Below are positions 28,275 through 38,718 of a stretch of DNA of 64,000 nt, piece after piece. Every line of letters starts with the position of its first letter. Position 1 is the stretch's first letter. The stretch lies in IMG/VR virus record IMGVR_UViG_3300031227_011830; one strand, 5' to 3'. A model generated the notes under the pieces. It had not been told where the DNA came from. It searched no databases and saw nothing but the letters and a program-made list of their open reading frames with translations. Source of the DNA: an uncultured virus (IMG/VR IMGVR_UViG_3300031227_011830) (Duplodnaviria > Heunggongvirae > Uroviricota > Caudoviricetes). Both the position numbers and the translations under genes were made by a program.

Positions 28275-28934
28275 TCAATCACACAATTCTCGCTTGATTA
28301 TGGGATGAAGATAAACAGTACCCTGTTCCCCCACCTTGAAAACACCATCAGCGAAAAAGTGACTCCAAACGATGCGATTCAAAATAGCTCGACTATACAT
28401 GACAGTAATCACATTACATGTAGTAGTCTTACCGTACTTATCGACTATAGGCATCATAACTAAACAAGTAAGCTTGGAAAACTTCATCGGGCATTCAGCA
28501 GCAGCCTGCATCGTATCCCTGATATCGCTTTTGATAACGTCTATAGCGCAGCCTAACGTCCAACTTTCCTGAGCTACCCAACCTACGATCAGCGTGTTAT
28601 CATAGACTTCTACCCCTTTATCGCGGTACGCTTCGCCAAGAATGTTCTTAATTACTTGCTTAAACTGAGTGATAGTTTTGGCTTTACTTGCAGGAATGAT
28701 AGAGGTTGTTTTAGCTTTAACCTTACGCTTAGGCTGCGTATTAACTTTTCCAAAATAGATAGCCGCAAAACTGCCTATGCAAACAAGCCCTAAAAACAAT
28801 AAGCCACAGCCCTGCAACACCGAATGAACATTACTTTTTCCCTGTACCTCCTCAATAAACGCACCACAATACCTACATTCCTCATAAGTATCACTACTCC
28901 TACGACCACATTCCGAGCATCTTACAAGTGCCAT
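28275..28934 (-). CDS. Zn-ribbon + single-TM membrane protein, N-terminus paralogous to 25349-25954
   Basis: MALVRCSECGRRSS...ECRYCG. Confidence 0.7.
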   Translation of the reverse strand: MALVRCSECGRRSSDTYEECRYCGAFIEEVQGKSNVHSVLQGCGLLFLGLVCIGSFAAIYFGKVNTQPKRKVKAKTTSIIPASKAKTITQFKQVIKNILGEAYRDKGVEVYDNTLIVGWVAQESWTLGCAIDVIKSDIRDTMQAAAECPMKFSKLTCLVMMPIVDKYGKTTTCNVITVMYSRAILNRIVWSHFFADGVFKVGEQGTVYLHPIIKRELCD

Positions 28935-28997
28935 TTAATCTGTTCCTTTTGTTTCCAAACTTCCCATCAAGACTACTTAAATAGCCACCCTAAAAAT

Positions 28998-29204
28998 TCA
29001 GACTACAGAACCCAAAGTCACGTACGCTCTTTCCAAGTCAATAGAAGCTCTTGTGAGCAACCTTCGCTCTTTGTCTGTAAGATTGTCCAACTTCAAACTC
29101 CGACGGACCTTGTTCTGCAACCGATAAATTTGTTTGACATCAGAATAATCAAAAGTAGTAACGTTAGTTGTCAATTCAGAAACGATTCGTTTGTCAATAC
29201 CCAT
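28998..29204 (-). CDS. Small hypothetical protein
   Basis: GGAGG RBS and GGTGATATAA motif upstream. Confidence 0.55.
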   Translation of the reverse strand: MGIDKRIVSELTTNVTTFDYSDVKQIYRLQNKVRRSLKLDNLTDKERRLLTRASIDLERAYVTLGSVV

Positions 29205-29365
29205 GAATCACGTCCTCCAAAACCTTGAAGACCTCAAAACTACTACCTTTATATCACCGACGACAAAAACTTCTGGAAAAACCACTACATAAGAACGAAT
29301 ATAAAAAATTGTGCTTTCTTTGATGCCTTCAAAATGACTATCAGCGGGTTTTTGGATTCCCACGA

Positions 29366-29409
29366 TGATGAAGCCAGGAAGCCCACCACTTTAGCGGTGA
29401 GTAGTTGAC
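29366..29409 (+). mobile_element. Orphan IS200/IS605 right-end (omegaRNA 3') sequence
   Basis: GATGAAGCCAGGAAGCCCACCACTTTAGCGGTGAGTAGTTGAC resembles the right end of the intact element at 37199-37235; no tnpB adjacent. Confidence 0.65.
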
Positions 29410-29544
29410 TAAAGTCTACGCCAACCCGAATGGCCTCCTCGTCAACAGAAAGCATTCAAATAGCTGTAGAATAGGCATCGTTCATAAGATGCCCTTGACG
29501 CATCCATAATTCATCCCAAAAGAAACTTGTATAGTTTCTGCCTA

Positions 29545-30138
29545 TCATACACTCTTCTTTCTGCGTTTTTCCATGCGTCGAAGCTTCGCAAGCATATCCT
29601 TCATGTCATGACCAACCATTGAGTAACCTATCATACGGCTGGTTTGCTCATCCTCAGACTTTGTTATGATAGCCATCCACACAATGAAGTTCCCCAGCGA
29701 TAGAACCTCATCAGAAGAAACCTTGTCAAAGATAACGGGCCAGTTACGCTCGACATCCTTAAGCGAACCATCCGGCACAAAACCTTGAGCCCAAGAAAGA
29801 TGAGAACTCATTTGCCGTACAATATCAAGAATAATCTTCTTGCGACGCCAAAATTTACCTTCGGCATGCTCGGCAGCTTCACGCCACAATGCTACTGCCT
29901 CACCAAGCGACTCAAATGAACCTCTTTGCTTGATAAACAAAGCGGAAGCAATGGCAAAAGCTCCCGCACGTGCTCCATGCTGTTTGTACAGGCAAAGAAT
30001 ATAGTCAATCAGATTGTCAGGGTCGGGGTCATCCAAGACAAGCAAATGAGATTGCTCGTCAAGAACCCTCTCAATATCATCAATTGACTTGCCTGTGAAA
30101 TCTTCAAGCCTCATCATTCTGCTCCAAAAAGTGCACAT
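29545..30138 (-). CDS. Hypothetical protein
   Basis: 197-aa ORF downstream of gyrA. Confidence 0.55.
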   Translation of the reverse strand: MCTFWSRMMRLEDFTGKSIDDIERVLDEQSHLLVLDDPDPDNLIDYILCLYKQHGARAGAFAIASALFIKQRGSFESLGEAVALWREAAEHAEGKFWRRKKIILDIVRQMSSHLSWAQGFVPDGSLKDVERNWPVIFDKVSSDEVLSLGNFIVWMAIITKSEDEQTSRMIGYSMVGHDMKDMLAKLRRMEKRRKKSV

Positions 30139-30183
30139 AATTTAGTTCTGCACTTATGTCACCATTAGGCCAAAAATTTCCCC

Positions 30184-32622
30184 CTATTCTACGCTTACCG
30201 CCGTTACATACTCGCCCTCAGACATACGCTTCATTCGATTGCCCTGCGATACCTTGCCAAACTCAGGTACGTTTGAGAAGTTCAAACGTAATGCCTTGTT
30301 TTCATTGGTCAACAAAAACAAACCAGATTCCTCATCAGAAGCAAAAACAGCCTGAGCAAATACCAAATTATCCCCTTCCTTGAAAGTTCTGAAACCGCGA
30401 GAACCTTTGCCTCCACGACGCTTCAAAAGAAAGTCACTCATAGGAGTTCGCTTGGCATACCCAAATGAACTTACTGTCAATAAGTGACCCGTAGGATTCG
30501 CAACCGTTACGCCAAGTAAGCTATCCCCGGTCTGAAGTTTGAGTATCTTGACGCCAGCACTCAAACGTGAACTGACCTCGCGTATGTCTTCCAATGATGT
30601 TCGTAAAACCAAGCCATTAGCCGTTACTACAATTACCTCGTCATTGTTCTTCGCGACAACAGCCGAAATAACTCTCCCGCCCCTGTCAGTATCGTATATC
30701 TTCGTTGTTTTGTCGCGAATCTTCATTACGGTTTGCCCAGATTGCTTCTTGAGTAATCCATTCTCGCCAAGAATTATCAGACATTCAACATCGGAAAGAA
30801 CAGACTCCGTAACAGAAACCACTTTCTCATCTTTCTTGAATAGCTTGACATAATTAGATACCGGACGGGGACGCTTGCCTCTGCTACTTGCAGGGACATC
30901 AAATGCCCGCATCTTATAACGATTTCCTTGATCCGTAATGAGCATTACGTCACTACGAGTGTTGACTTGTTTTGCAAATTCAGGATATACACCATCTGGC
31001 ACTTTCACGCCCTCAACACCTAAACCACGACGCTTATACATGCGATAATCATCAACAGGGGTTGACTTGACTGTTCCATCACTCATGAAAGTCAAAACTA
31101 CTTCTTGATCTTTGATCATGTCACGTACGGATATCTCAGTAAAGTCGCTCACTATCATTGTGCGACGAGGCTTGCCAAACTTGTCCCGAATCTCCTGAGT
31201 TTCCGATCTAATGATTTCATTGACCTTTGTCTTGCTTTCCAAAATCGTTCTCAGTTCAGATATGTAAATCTTGAGCTTGCTTCTTTCTTCTTCTAGTTTT
31301 GCAATGTCTTGTCGTGAAAACCGACGAAGAGGCATGTTGAAGATATGATCTGCTTGAAGCTCCGTAAGCCCAAGTCTCTCTTGTATTACGGCTATGGGAT
31401 TCTCTGATTCCTTGATTATCTTCAATGTCAAACTGCTCTTCTGAGTAGCCTTTATCACTCCTTCTATAGTCTCGAATCTGCTCTCTGCTTTCTTTTTGCG
31501 ACATCTTGTGCGCCGGGTGATTACTTCCCTTCGGAAATCAAGAAAACACTTCAATACGTCAATGATGTTGGTTACACGAGGACGATTGCCAACAATAGCA
31601 ACCATGTTCATAGAATTGCTTGTTTCCAAACCAGTCATAGAGTATAGCCTGTTGAGAACAAGCTGATGATTCGTGCCACTAGAAAGCTCTATACATATAC
31701 GTATGCCATCCTTTGTTGATTCATCACGAACCTCAGAAATCCCAACTAATTCGCCATCACGAACAAGCTTGGCTATCTCCTGAATGAGAGTAGCCTTGTT
31801 GCTGGTATATGGCACATTACGAATGATAATCGCTTTGGCCTTGCCAGATGTCTCAAAATCCGCCGATGCCCTAAACTTGATGCCTCCTTTACCAGTAGAA
31901 TATACTTCGCTTATCCCATTGTTGCCCCTGATAAGACCACCAAGAGGATAATCAGGAGCAGGTATGGCCTTGAAAATTTCCTCAAAACTAACCTTTGAAT
32001 CATCTAACATCATGAAAATAGCATCACAAACTTCGCTCAAATTGTGCGGTAAAAAATTCGTTGCCATGCCAACCGCAATGCCCGCCGGGGCTGTCAATAA
32101 AATCAATGGTAGCCGAGAAGGTAATACAGTCGGCTCAATAAACTCACCAGTGTAATTGTCTGCGTAACTTACCGTGTCATCTGCAATATCAGCAAATAAT
32201 GCGTGCTCGCCAAAAGCTGACAACCTTGCCTCAGTATAACGATATGCCGCCGCCGGATGACCATCTATGCTTCCAAAATTGCCTTTCCCATTTACAAGAG
32301 GAACAGACATCGAAAAAGACTGAGCCATACGAACCATCGAATCATATACAGATTGATCCCCATGTGGATGAAATTTTCCAATTGTGTCGCCCACTATACG
32401 TGCCGATTTCTTGAATGTGGAATTGTGCTTGCAACCCATATTCCACATTGTCCATAAAATGCGCCTATGTACAGGCTTCAAACCATCCCTAATATCAGGA
32501 ATAGCTCTTTCCTTGATCACATGTTCGGCATACGTGATAAAATTACTAGCTAACTCGTCCGATAATTCCGTTACGCCGACATGCTTGGTAACAGGAATCC
32601 TTACAATGTCATCAATAGCCAT
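30184..32622 (-). CDS. gyrA: DNA gyrase subunit A
   Basis: RAIPDIRDGLKPVHRR, FHPHGDQSVY, AAYRYTEARL; C-terminal pinwheel with KRRGGKG. Confidence 0.95.
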   Translation of the reverse strand: MAIDDIVRIPVTKHVGVTELSDELASNFITYAEHVIKERAIPDIRDGLKPVHRRILWTMWNMGCKHNSTFKKSARIVGDTIGKFHPHGDQSVYDSMVRMAQSFSMSVPLVNGKGNFGSIDGHPAAAYRYTEARLSAFGEHALFADIADDTVSYADNYTGEFIEPTVLPSRLPLILLTAPAGIAVGMATNFLPHNLSEVCDAIFMMLDDSKVSFEEIFKAIPAPDYPLGGLIRGNNGISEVYSTGKGGIKFRASADFETSGKAKAIIIRNVPYTSNKATLIQEIAKLVRDGELVGISEVRDESTKDGIRICIELSSGTNHQLVLNRLYSMTGLETSNSMNMVAIVGNRPRVTNIIDVLKCFLDFRREVITRRTRCRKKKAESRFETIEGVIKATQKSSLTLKIIKESENPIAVIQERLGLTELQADHIFNMPLRRFSRQDIAKLEEERSKLKIYISELRTILESKTKVNEIIRSETQEIRDKFGKPRRTMIVSDFTEISVRDMIKDQEVVLTFMSDGTVKSTPVDDYRMYKRRGLGVEGVKVPDGVYPEFAKQVNTRSDVMLITDQGNRYKMRAFDVPASSRGKRPRPVSNYVKLFKKDEKVVSVTESVLSDVECLIILGENGLLKKQSGQTVMKIRDKTTKIYDTDRGGRVISAVVAKNNDEVIVVTANGLVLRTSLEDIREVSSRLSAGVKILKLQTGDSLLGVTVANPTGHLLTVSSFGYAKRTPMSDFLLKRRGGKGSRGFRTFKEGDNLVFAQAVFASDEESGLFLLTNENKALRLNFSNVPEFGKVSQGNRMKRMSEGEYVTAVSVE

Positions 32623-32624
32623 TC

Positions 32625-32981
32625 TCAGCCTCCAAATCTATGTGCCTTCTGATAGCTTTCTATCATCCTTCGACATTTCTGCTTCTTGAGAGCAACACAA
32701 GAAAAACATGGCCGTCTGCCATATAACTCGCCAAGTTTGCTCAGTAAAATACTAAACGGAGGAGCCGCAGACCATTTATCGAATGCAATCCATACCTCCT
32801 GTGTCAAATTGGCCAACTCCATGACATCAATCTCTGTGTGCTCCAATATGTCCAAAACTTTCTGAGTCATCTCTATTTGACGACGATTATACTTCCCGCT
32901 CTGAGCACCATCAGCAAACAAACTCATTCTAAACTCGTATCCGTCATAGGATTCAATGTGTGCTCTAAAATATACGGACAT
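32625..32981 (-). CDS. Hypothetical protein
   Basis: 118-aa ORF coupled to gyrA. Confidence 0.5.
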   Translation of the reverse strand: MSVYFRAHIESYDGYEFRMSLFADGAQSGKYNRRQIEMTQKVLDILEHTEIDVMELANLTQEVWIAFDKWSAAPPFSILLSKLGELYGRRPCFSCVALKKQKCRRMIESYQKAHRFGG

Positions 32982-33126
32982 TCACTCGGAGTTTTTGAGG
33001 CTGAGATTCATCACCCCATAAACCTCATCACTCAAATAGCAGAATTCTGCTACCGATATTTAATAAGGCCATTGAATTGTACAGTATTTCCAATCAGGAC
33101 AGTGTGGACAAAATTGGCATACTTAG

Positions 33127-33732
33127 TCATCTGTTCAACCATGAATCCAAAGATGCCAATATGACATCAACAGTGCCGCATACATTGTCATTCATATCAC
33201 CTGTGCTTACATAACATTCTGGATTTTCTGGTGGCTCATAAGGATCAGATATGCCAGTAAAGTTGGTTATCTTGCCCGCAAGAGCTTTCTTGTAAAGACC
33301 TTTAGGGTCGCGTACAATAAGCACATCCAGTGGACAGTCTACATGAACCTCAAAGAATCTATCCGAACCAATAAGCTCGCGCGCCTTCTGTCGAGCTTCA
33401 CTATAGGGAGAAATCATAGCAACTATCGCAACAGCACGACAATCAGCTGCCAAGTTGGCAACATACGAAATCACCCGAACATTCTCATCTCTGTCCTCTT
33501 TAGAAAACCCAAGTCTGCTTGTCAAAATGGCTCGCAGAACATCACCATCCAGTTTCTTTACAACTCTATCATCGCTCAATCGTTCTGCTAATACTTCTGA
33601 CAAAGTGCTCTTGCCACTTGCTGACAAACCCGTCATCCATATAACGAAACCATGTTTTTTCGCCATTATGCTACTATCCTCGCAATTGTCTTGTGTTGTC
33701 AACTTATGTGCTTGGCTTTCACTTCTTCTCAA
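33127..33732 (-). CDS. cysC: Adenylyl-sulfate (APS) kinase
   Basis: IWMTGLSASGKST, LDGDVLR, LGFSKEDRDEN, RDPKGLYKKA, FTGISDPYEPP. Confidence 0.93.
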   Translation of the reverse strand: MRRSESQAHKLTTQDNCEDSSIMAKKHGFVIWMTGLSASGKSTLSEVLAERLSDDRVVKKLDGDVLRAILTSRLGFSKEDRDENVRVISYVANLAADCRAVAIVAMISPYSEARQKARELIGSDRFFEVHVDCPLDVLIVRDPKGLYKKALAGKITNFTGISDPYEPPENPECYVSTGDMNDNVCGTVDVILASLDSWLNR

Positions 33733-34885
33733 TCGTTTCTGTATTTCTCACGTGCTCGTACATAGAAGCATAAGAATACAGATGACTTCCAAGACTTCTA
33801 AACGGACCTTCCCACGGCTTAGCATCTTTCACAAACGGTTTGAAAGAGAAATCTCGGTAGAGTTTCGACCGAGACCATCTATCCATCATATGCTCTCTAC
33901 CTTCTTGAGACAGATTGAATTGATGAATCAAATGCTTTTGAAACTGCGGATGGTCACAATAAATCTCTATATTATCTCCGAGTATTTCCAACATCTTAGC
34001 TCGAACAGCAGCCACCAATTGACCAAGACGATTGACGAAATGATAATGCTTCTGTGGTATTCTAAATGCAGTGTCCAGAAAATCATAGCTGACGTACGGT
34101 GTGAGAATCTCTTTCCAAGTAACTTGCAAAATCCCCCACAATTTCGAAACACTCGCATTATTGTCAAGACCGTCAAATCGATTTTCTACCCAATTGCTAC
34201 GAAGCGGGTAATCTAAAATCTCACTACCGTTCTCGCCACAAACACAAACATACCTTCTCTCATGACCATGCAACAAGACATCAGGAACAACCCACGCACG
34301 CGCAGATGGACACAATGCATTCATATTTCTATCAAATCGACTATAGCCCCAATAATCAGCACACAATGGCTGATATTCCTTGTGAACATGACACTGTGAA
34401 GAATCCCAACCTAATTCCTGCATTACCTTGCGAAATATGTCTTGCTCGGGCTTCAAACAATAGAAAACGACATCGCCCAACCAATCCTTGCCCAATCTTT
34501 CTCTCAGATTAGCTAACGTATATGCTATTATTCTACTGTCAACACCGCCGCTACTATAAATGAAATGGGGCTGAGAAGGGTCCCACCATTCAATAAAATA
34601 CTTCTCTACACACTTAAGCAATTCCCAGGCAGATTCCTCTAATGTCCAATCCGCTTCTGGAAGCAGCTCAGTAATGTGATGATAATCCGGCTCTACTCTT
34701 TCTCGAATCGGAACAACCTCTATCTCAGAAAAACCATTCTGTGTAAGTGTCAAGCAATGTTCATTCTCGCATAAATGACTCAACGAAAGACTTACTTCGC
34801 CAGTAGCCTTCGACCTATACATAGGCCGAAAATACAAAGTGTGTTTCCAAGAATTCAAAGCCATCTTGTCATCTGGATTCATCAC
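33719..34885 (-). CDS. Asparagine-synthetase-like PP-loop ATPase lacking a glutaminase domain
   Basis: SGGVDS PP-loop, CGENGSEIL, TPYVSYDF...FRIP. Confidence 0.65.
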   Translation of the reverse strand: MMNPDDKMALNSWKHTLYFRPMYRSKATGEVSLSLSHLCENEHCLTLTQNGFSEIEVVPIRERVEPDYHHITELLPEADWTLEESAWELLKCVEKYFIEWWDPSQPHFIYSSGGVDSRIIAYTLANLRERLGKDWLGDVVFYCLKPEQDIFRKVMQELGWDSSQCHVHKEYQPLCADYWGYSRFDRNMNALCPSARAWVVPDVLLHGHERRYVCVCGENGSEILDYPLRSNWVENRFDGLDNNASVSKLWGILQVTWKEILTPYVSYDFLDTAFRIPQKHYHFVNRLGQLVAAVRAKMLEILGDNIEIYCDHPQFQKHLIHQFNLSQEGREHMMDRWSRSKLYRDFSFKPFVKDAKPWEGPFRSLGSHLYSYASMYEHVRNTETIEKK

Positions 34886-36801
34886 GTAACCTCAAATCGT
34901 AATGCCTTCGCCAAAAACTCCTTCCGGCCAACAATATCGCCTCCCATCAACCGCTGAAGTAATTCGCCAGCCTCGTGTTCGTCCTCAATATGCACACGCT
35001 TGAGAATGCGTGTCTTGGGGTTCATAGCTGTTTCGGCAAGCTCCTCAACATCCATCTCGCCTAAACCCTTGAATCGACTTACCTCAATCTTCTGATTGGG
35101 ATACTGCTTGCGAAACTTGTCAAGTGCCAAATCATCTTTCAAATACTGTGACTTGCCACGATACGTAACGCGAAACAATGGTAAATCACATACGTATAAA
35201 TGACCCTCCGAAATCAACTTGTGCATGTGCTTGTGAAACAAAGCTAATAAAAGACATGTGATATGGCCCCCGTCAGGGTCCGCATCAGTACAAATGATGA
35301 TTTTGTGATACCGTAAACCATCTAATATGACCTCGCGAGGCGTCACTGTAACACCCAAAGCTGAAATCAACGTGCCTATCTCTCTATTCTCAAGAGCCTT
35401 ATTGAGTGTCGTTTTGCTGACATTCAAAACCTTGCCCCTGAGTGGTAATACAGCTTGAAACTGTCTGTCACGAGCTTCAATGCTAGAGCCGCCAGCCGAG
35501 TCCCCCTCTACAATAAAAATCTCACTCAACTCAGGGTCCTTCGATGAACAATCCGCTAACTTGCCAGGTAATGCCGTACTCGCTAAAACAGATTTCTTCC
35601 TCGAAAGATTCTTCGCCTTGCGAGCAGCATCACGAGATTTCATTGCATCAACTATCTTAGATGCAATCTCTACTGCAAGCTTCTTGTCTTCCTGTAAAGC
35701 CTTCTCTATGCTTTGCTGTATCCACTCGCCAAACGGATTCCGTAAATTGACATTCGATAACTTCGTCTTTGTCTGACCACCAAACTGAGGCTCAGGAACT
35801 CTAACACTTACTACCAATGTCAAACCTTCTGATATGTCACTCTTGTTGGGACTGAAACTCAAACCCTTCAACAAACCACTAGACTCGGCAACTTTTGAAA
35901 AAGCTTGTGACAACGAATACAAAGCCGCTTCCTGATGAACACCACCATCAATCGTATGAATGTTGTTTGCGAAAGAACATACAGTGCTATCAAAACCTGT
36001 GTCATAAATAAAGGCAAGGTCTATCTCACAATCCTCTATCCCCGCTACATGAAATCGCAAAGGAGTATGTAACGCAGTCTTTCCATTGATGAGATACTTG
36101 ACATATTCCGTCAAACCGCCAGTTGACTTGAAAACTTGTGTTTCAACGCCGTCTTCATCTTCCCAATTCAATGTGATTTCAAGACCGGTATTCAAGAAAG
36201 AAAGTTCACGTAATCGTCTTGTTACTGTGCTCTGACTAAACGATTGCTTGCCACGAAAAATCTGCTTGTCAGGTAAAAAAGATACCATAGTACCTGTTTG
36301 CTTGTCAGGTATCTTCTTGTCAAGCACGTCAAGCTTGTCTTTTGTGGGGACACCGCGTTCATATCTGCGACCCCATTTCTTGCCATCCCGACTAACCGCA
36401 ACCTCCATCCACTCACTCAATGCGTTGACAACTGAAACACCTACACCATGCAGGCCGCCCGAAGTGCGATACAAACTATCGGCGCCACCAAACTTCCCCC
36501 CAGCATGCAACATTGTCATTACAACATCGATAGTTGGAATCTTCTCCGTAGGATGATTCTTGACAGGAATGCCTCTACCGTTGTCTTCTACTGTAACATG
36601 ACCTTCTCTATGAAAAATAACTGAGATTTTGTCACAAAATCCAGCCACCGCTTCGTCAATCGAATTGTCAACAACCTCTTGAACAAGATGATGATAACCG
36701 GCAGTATCCGTGTCACCAATATACATAGCTGGACGCTTACGAACACCTGCCAAACCCTTCAAAACCTTGATGGCGCTTTCGTCATAGCCCTTCTTGCCCA
36801 T
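34882..36801 (-). CDS. gyrB: DNA gyrase subunit B
   Basis: VRKRPAMYIG, EVVDNSIDE, GLHGVGVSVVNALS, VEGDSAGGS, PLRGK, DADPDG, RFKGLGEM. Confidence 0.95.
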   Translation of the reverse strand: MGKKGYDESAIKVLKGLAGVRKRPAMYIGDTDTAGYHHLVQEVVDNSIDEAVAGFCDKISVIFHREGHVTVEDNGRGIPVKNHPTEKIPTIDVVMTMLHAGGKFGGADSLYRTSGGLHGVGVSVVNALSEWMEVAVSRDGKKWGRRYERGVPTKDKLDVLDKKIPDKQTGTMVSFLPDKQIFRGKQSFSQSTVTRRLRELSFLNTGLEITLNWEDEDGVETQVFKSTGGLTEYVKYLINGKTALHTPLRFHVAGIEDCEIDLAFIYDTGFDSTVCSFANNIHTIDGGVHQEAALYSLSQAFSKVAESSGLLKGLSFSPNKSDISEGLTLVVSVRVPEPQFGGQTKTKLSNVNLRNPFGEWIQQSIEKALQEDKKLAVEIASKIVDAMKSRDAARKAKNLSRKKSVLASTALPGKLADCSSKDPELSEIFIVEGDSAGGSSIEARDRQFQAVLPLRGKVLNVSKTTLNKALENREIGTLISALGVTVTPREVILDGLRYHKIIICTDADPDGGHITCLLLALFHKHMHKLISEGHLYVCDLPLFRVTYRGKSQYLKDDLALDKFRKQYPNQKIEVSRFKGLGEMDVEELAETAMNPKTRILKRVHIEDEHEAGELLQRLMGGDIVGRKEFLAKALRFEVT

Positions 36802-36956
36802 TTTGCCTCCAAAACCCTAACAAATATAGACTTACATGCTATCCAAAAAAAGAATCCCGCTACACTATTATATCACAATGTGACGGGATTATTTTGTCCT
36901 TTTAGGACGAGTAAACAGGCCGTTGAAACCGACTCAATTTGACTGAATGAGACTTG

Positions 36957-37198
36957 TCAATTGTCACTCTTGTCTATCATTCCTTCGTAATGATTCCCAA
37001 ATATAGTTATCCCACCAGGAACAAACGACATGATTGAAATAGCCTCTACTGTCTCATTGAACAACGAAGCAGTTTCTCCCTTTTTCCCACCTCCAAACAA
37101 TAAAACATCACCACGTTCAACTAACTTCCTTGAAAATGGCTTGATTCGTTCAAAATCTTCTTCTGTTGGGCCACTTTGTGATAGAAACTCCCCTATCC
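36957..37198 (-). pseudogene. 3' part of a small gene interrupted by the IS
   Basis: RIGEFLSQSGPTEEDFERIK...GDVLLFGGGKKGE...FVPGGITIFGNHYEG... begins exactly at the IS right end. Confidence 0.5.
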
Positions 37199-38457
37199 GT
37201 GACTACTCCCACGCCTAAAGGCGTGGGCTTCCAGAGGAGCCGCTTATGCTTTTCCTCAAACTGTGTAGCCCCACAGTTAAGATGTTCTTCGCAGCATTGA
37301 GGTCTCTGTCAATACTCATGCCACATGCCTTGCAAGAGTATGTGCGCTCCGACAGCTTTAATGCCTTTCGGGTACCACAAGCCGAACAATCCCGTGAAGT
37401 GTACGCGGGATTAACCTTTACTGCTGTACGACCGGCGCTTTCAGCCTTGAAGCATAGCAGATCCAGAAACAGGCCCCATGAGCTATCTAAGATGGACTTG
37501 GCAAGCCTGGGAAACTTACCTTTGACAATCATGTTTTTGATGTTTAAGTCTTCAACACAAATGATGCCATACTTGCGAACTATTTTGAGGCTTTTTTTGT
37601 GGCAAAAGTCGCTTCTTTTGTTGGCCACTCGTTCATGTACTCTGGCAACGACCTTTTTGGCCCTTTGTCTTTCTGATGTGGCTTTCTTTTGTTTTTTGAG
37701 TTTGCGTTGTGCTTTTGCTAGAGCATGTTCCTCGTGTTTGAAGAAATTGGGACTTGAAATCTTATTATTGTCTGATAGGGTTGCGAAGGTTTTCAAGCCC
37801 ATGTCGATGCCAATTTCGAGTTTATTGGGCTTGAGGGTTTGAGGTTTTACGTCATCACAGGATATGCAAACAAACCACTTGCCTGTGGGCGTTTTGGAGA
37901 CTGTACAGGTTTTGGGAGTGCCTTCGAATTCCCTGTGGTATTTTATTTTGACATTGCCTACTTTGGAAAGTTTTATGTGGTTGTTTTTGACTAATTTAAA
38001 TGCACCGTTATTCTGTGGATAGGTAAAGCTATGGCATTGCCCTTCGCCTTTGAATCGTGGATAGCCTGGTTTTTCACCAGATTTGCAGCGTCTGAAGAAG
38101 GCTTTAAAGGCAAGGTCTATACGAATGGCCACATTTTGGATGACCTGAGAATGGACGCCATTAAAGCCCTTATGTGTTTTTAGGAGTGTCTTAGTGGACT
38201 TTTGTTGCTGGAAGACAGTAGTGGATTGTTTTTTGGTTTCCCACAGCGTTTTGCGTTCTTCCAAGAGAGCATTATAAAGCCAACGGCACTCTTCCAATGT
38301 CCGATTAAGAACGGTGGTTTGCTTGGATGTTGGGTAGACCCTGTATTTGAAAGTTTTACGCATTATTATAGAATACACTAAAATAAAAGGAATGTCAAAT
38401 GCTTTTCGTTCGCTTTCAGCCCACGGCTAAAGCGGTGGGCTTTCCCGCTCACATATT
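37199..38457 (-). mobile_element. TnpB-only IS200/IS605 (IS1341-like) element
   Basis: Left-end hairpin AGCCCACCGCTTTAGCCGTGGGCT preceded by TTAC; right end GAAGCCCACGCCTTTAGGCGTGGGAGTAGTCAC. Confidence 0.85.
37215..38378 (-). CDS. tnpB: RNA-guided endonuclease TnpB
   Basis: TFKYRVYPT HTH, GYPRFK, IGIDMG, VEDL, YTSRDCSACG, DRDLNAAKNI; RuvC D/E/D present. Confidence 0.95.
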   Translation of the reverse strand: MYSIIMRKTFKYRVYPTSKQTTVLNRTLEECRWLYNALLEERKTLWETKKQSTTVFQQQKSTKTLLKTHKGFNGVHSQVIQNVAIRIDLAFKAFFRRCKSGEKPGYPRFKGEGQCHSFTYPQNNGAFKLVKNNHIKLSKVGNVKIKYHREFEGTPKTCTVSKTPTGKWFVCISCDDVKPQTLKPNKLEIGIDMGLKTFATLSDNNKISSPNFFKHEEHALAKAQRKLKKQKKATSERQRAKKVVARVHERVANKRSDFCHKKSLKIVRKYGIICVEDLNIKNMIVKGKFPRLAKSILDSSWGLFLDLLCFKAESAGRTAVKVNPAYTSRDCSACGTRKALKLSERTYSCKACGMSIDRDLNAAKNILTVGLHSLRKSISGSSGSPRL

Positions 38458-38461
38458 GTAA

Positions 38462-38531
38462 ACAACTTGCCAATTATACGACAACTATTTGTACTCATCA
38501 CACCATCTATGTCCAAAAAGATCACTTTCAT
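38462..38531 (-). pseudogene. HAD-like N-terminal stub
   Basis: MKVIFLDIDGVM (DxD motif I), truncated at the IS left end. Confidence 0.5.
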
Positions 38532-38718
38532 CTACCTTCCCCCCTTAAAATCTTAAAAATAGTTGGTGGCCCGATTTGTAGAATGGTAGAACAGAAACGA
38601 TAACATCAAGCCACCAACTCACGTCCTATAAGACAACGCCTTCCAAAATTCTATCTCTTATTATATCACCTCTGTTCCAATTCTTCCCCTTAAAATCTTG
38701 AAAAATATCATTCGTCAG

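Noticed and set aside
38561..38619. 10-bp inverted repeat AGTTGGTGGC/GCCACCAACT as a tRNA or ncRNA
   Set aside because: No recognisable D-arm, T-arm or anticodon arm; insufficient evidence.
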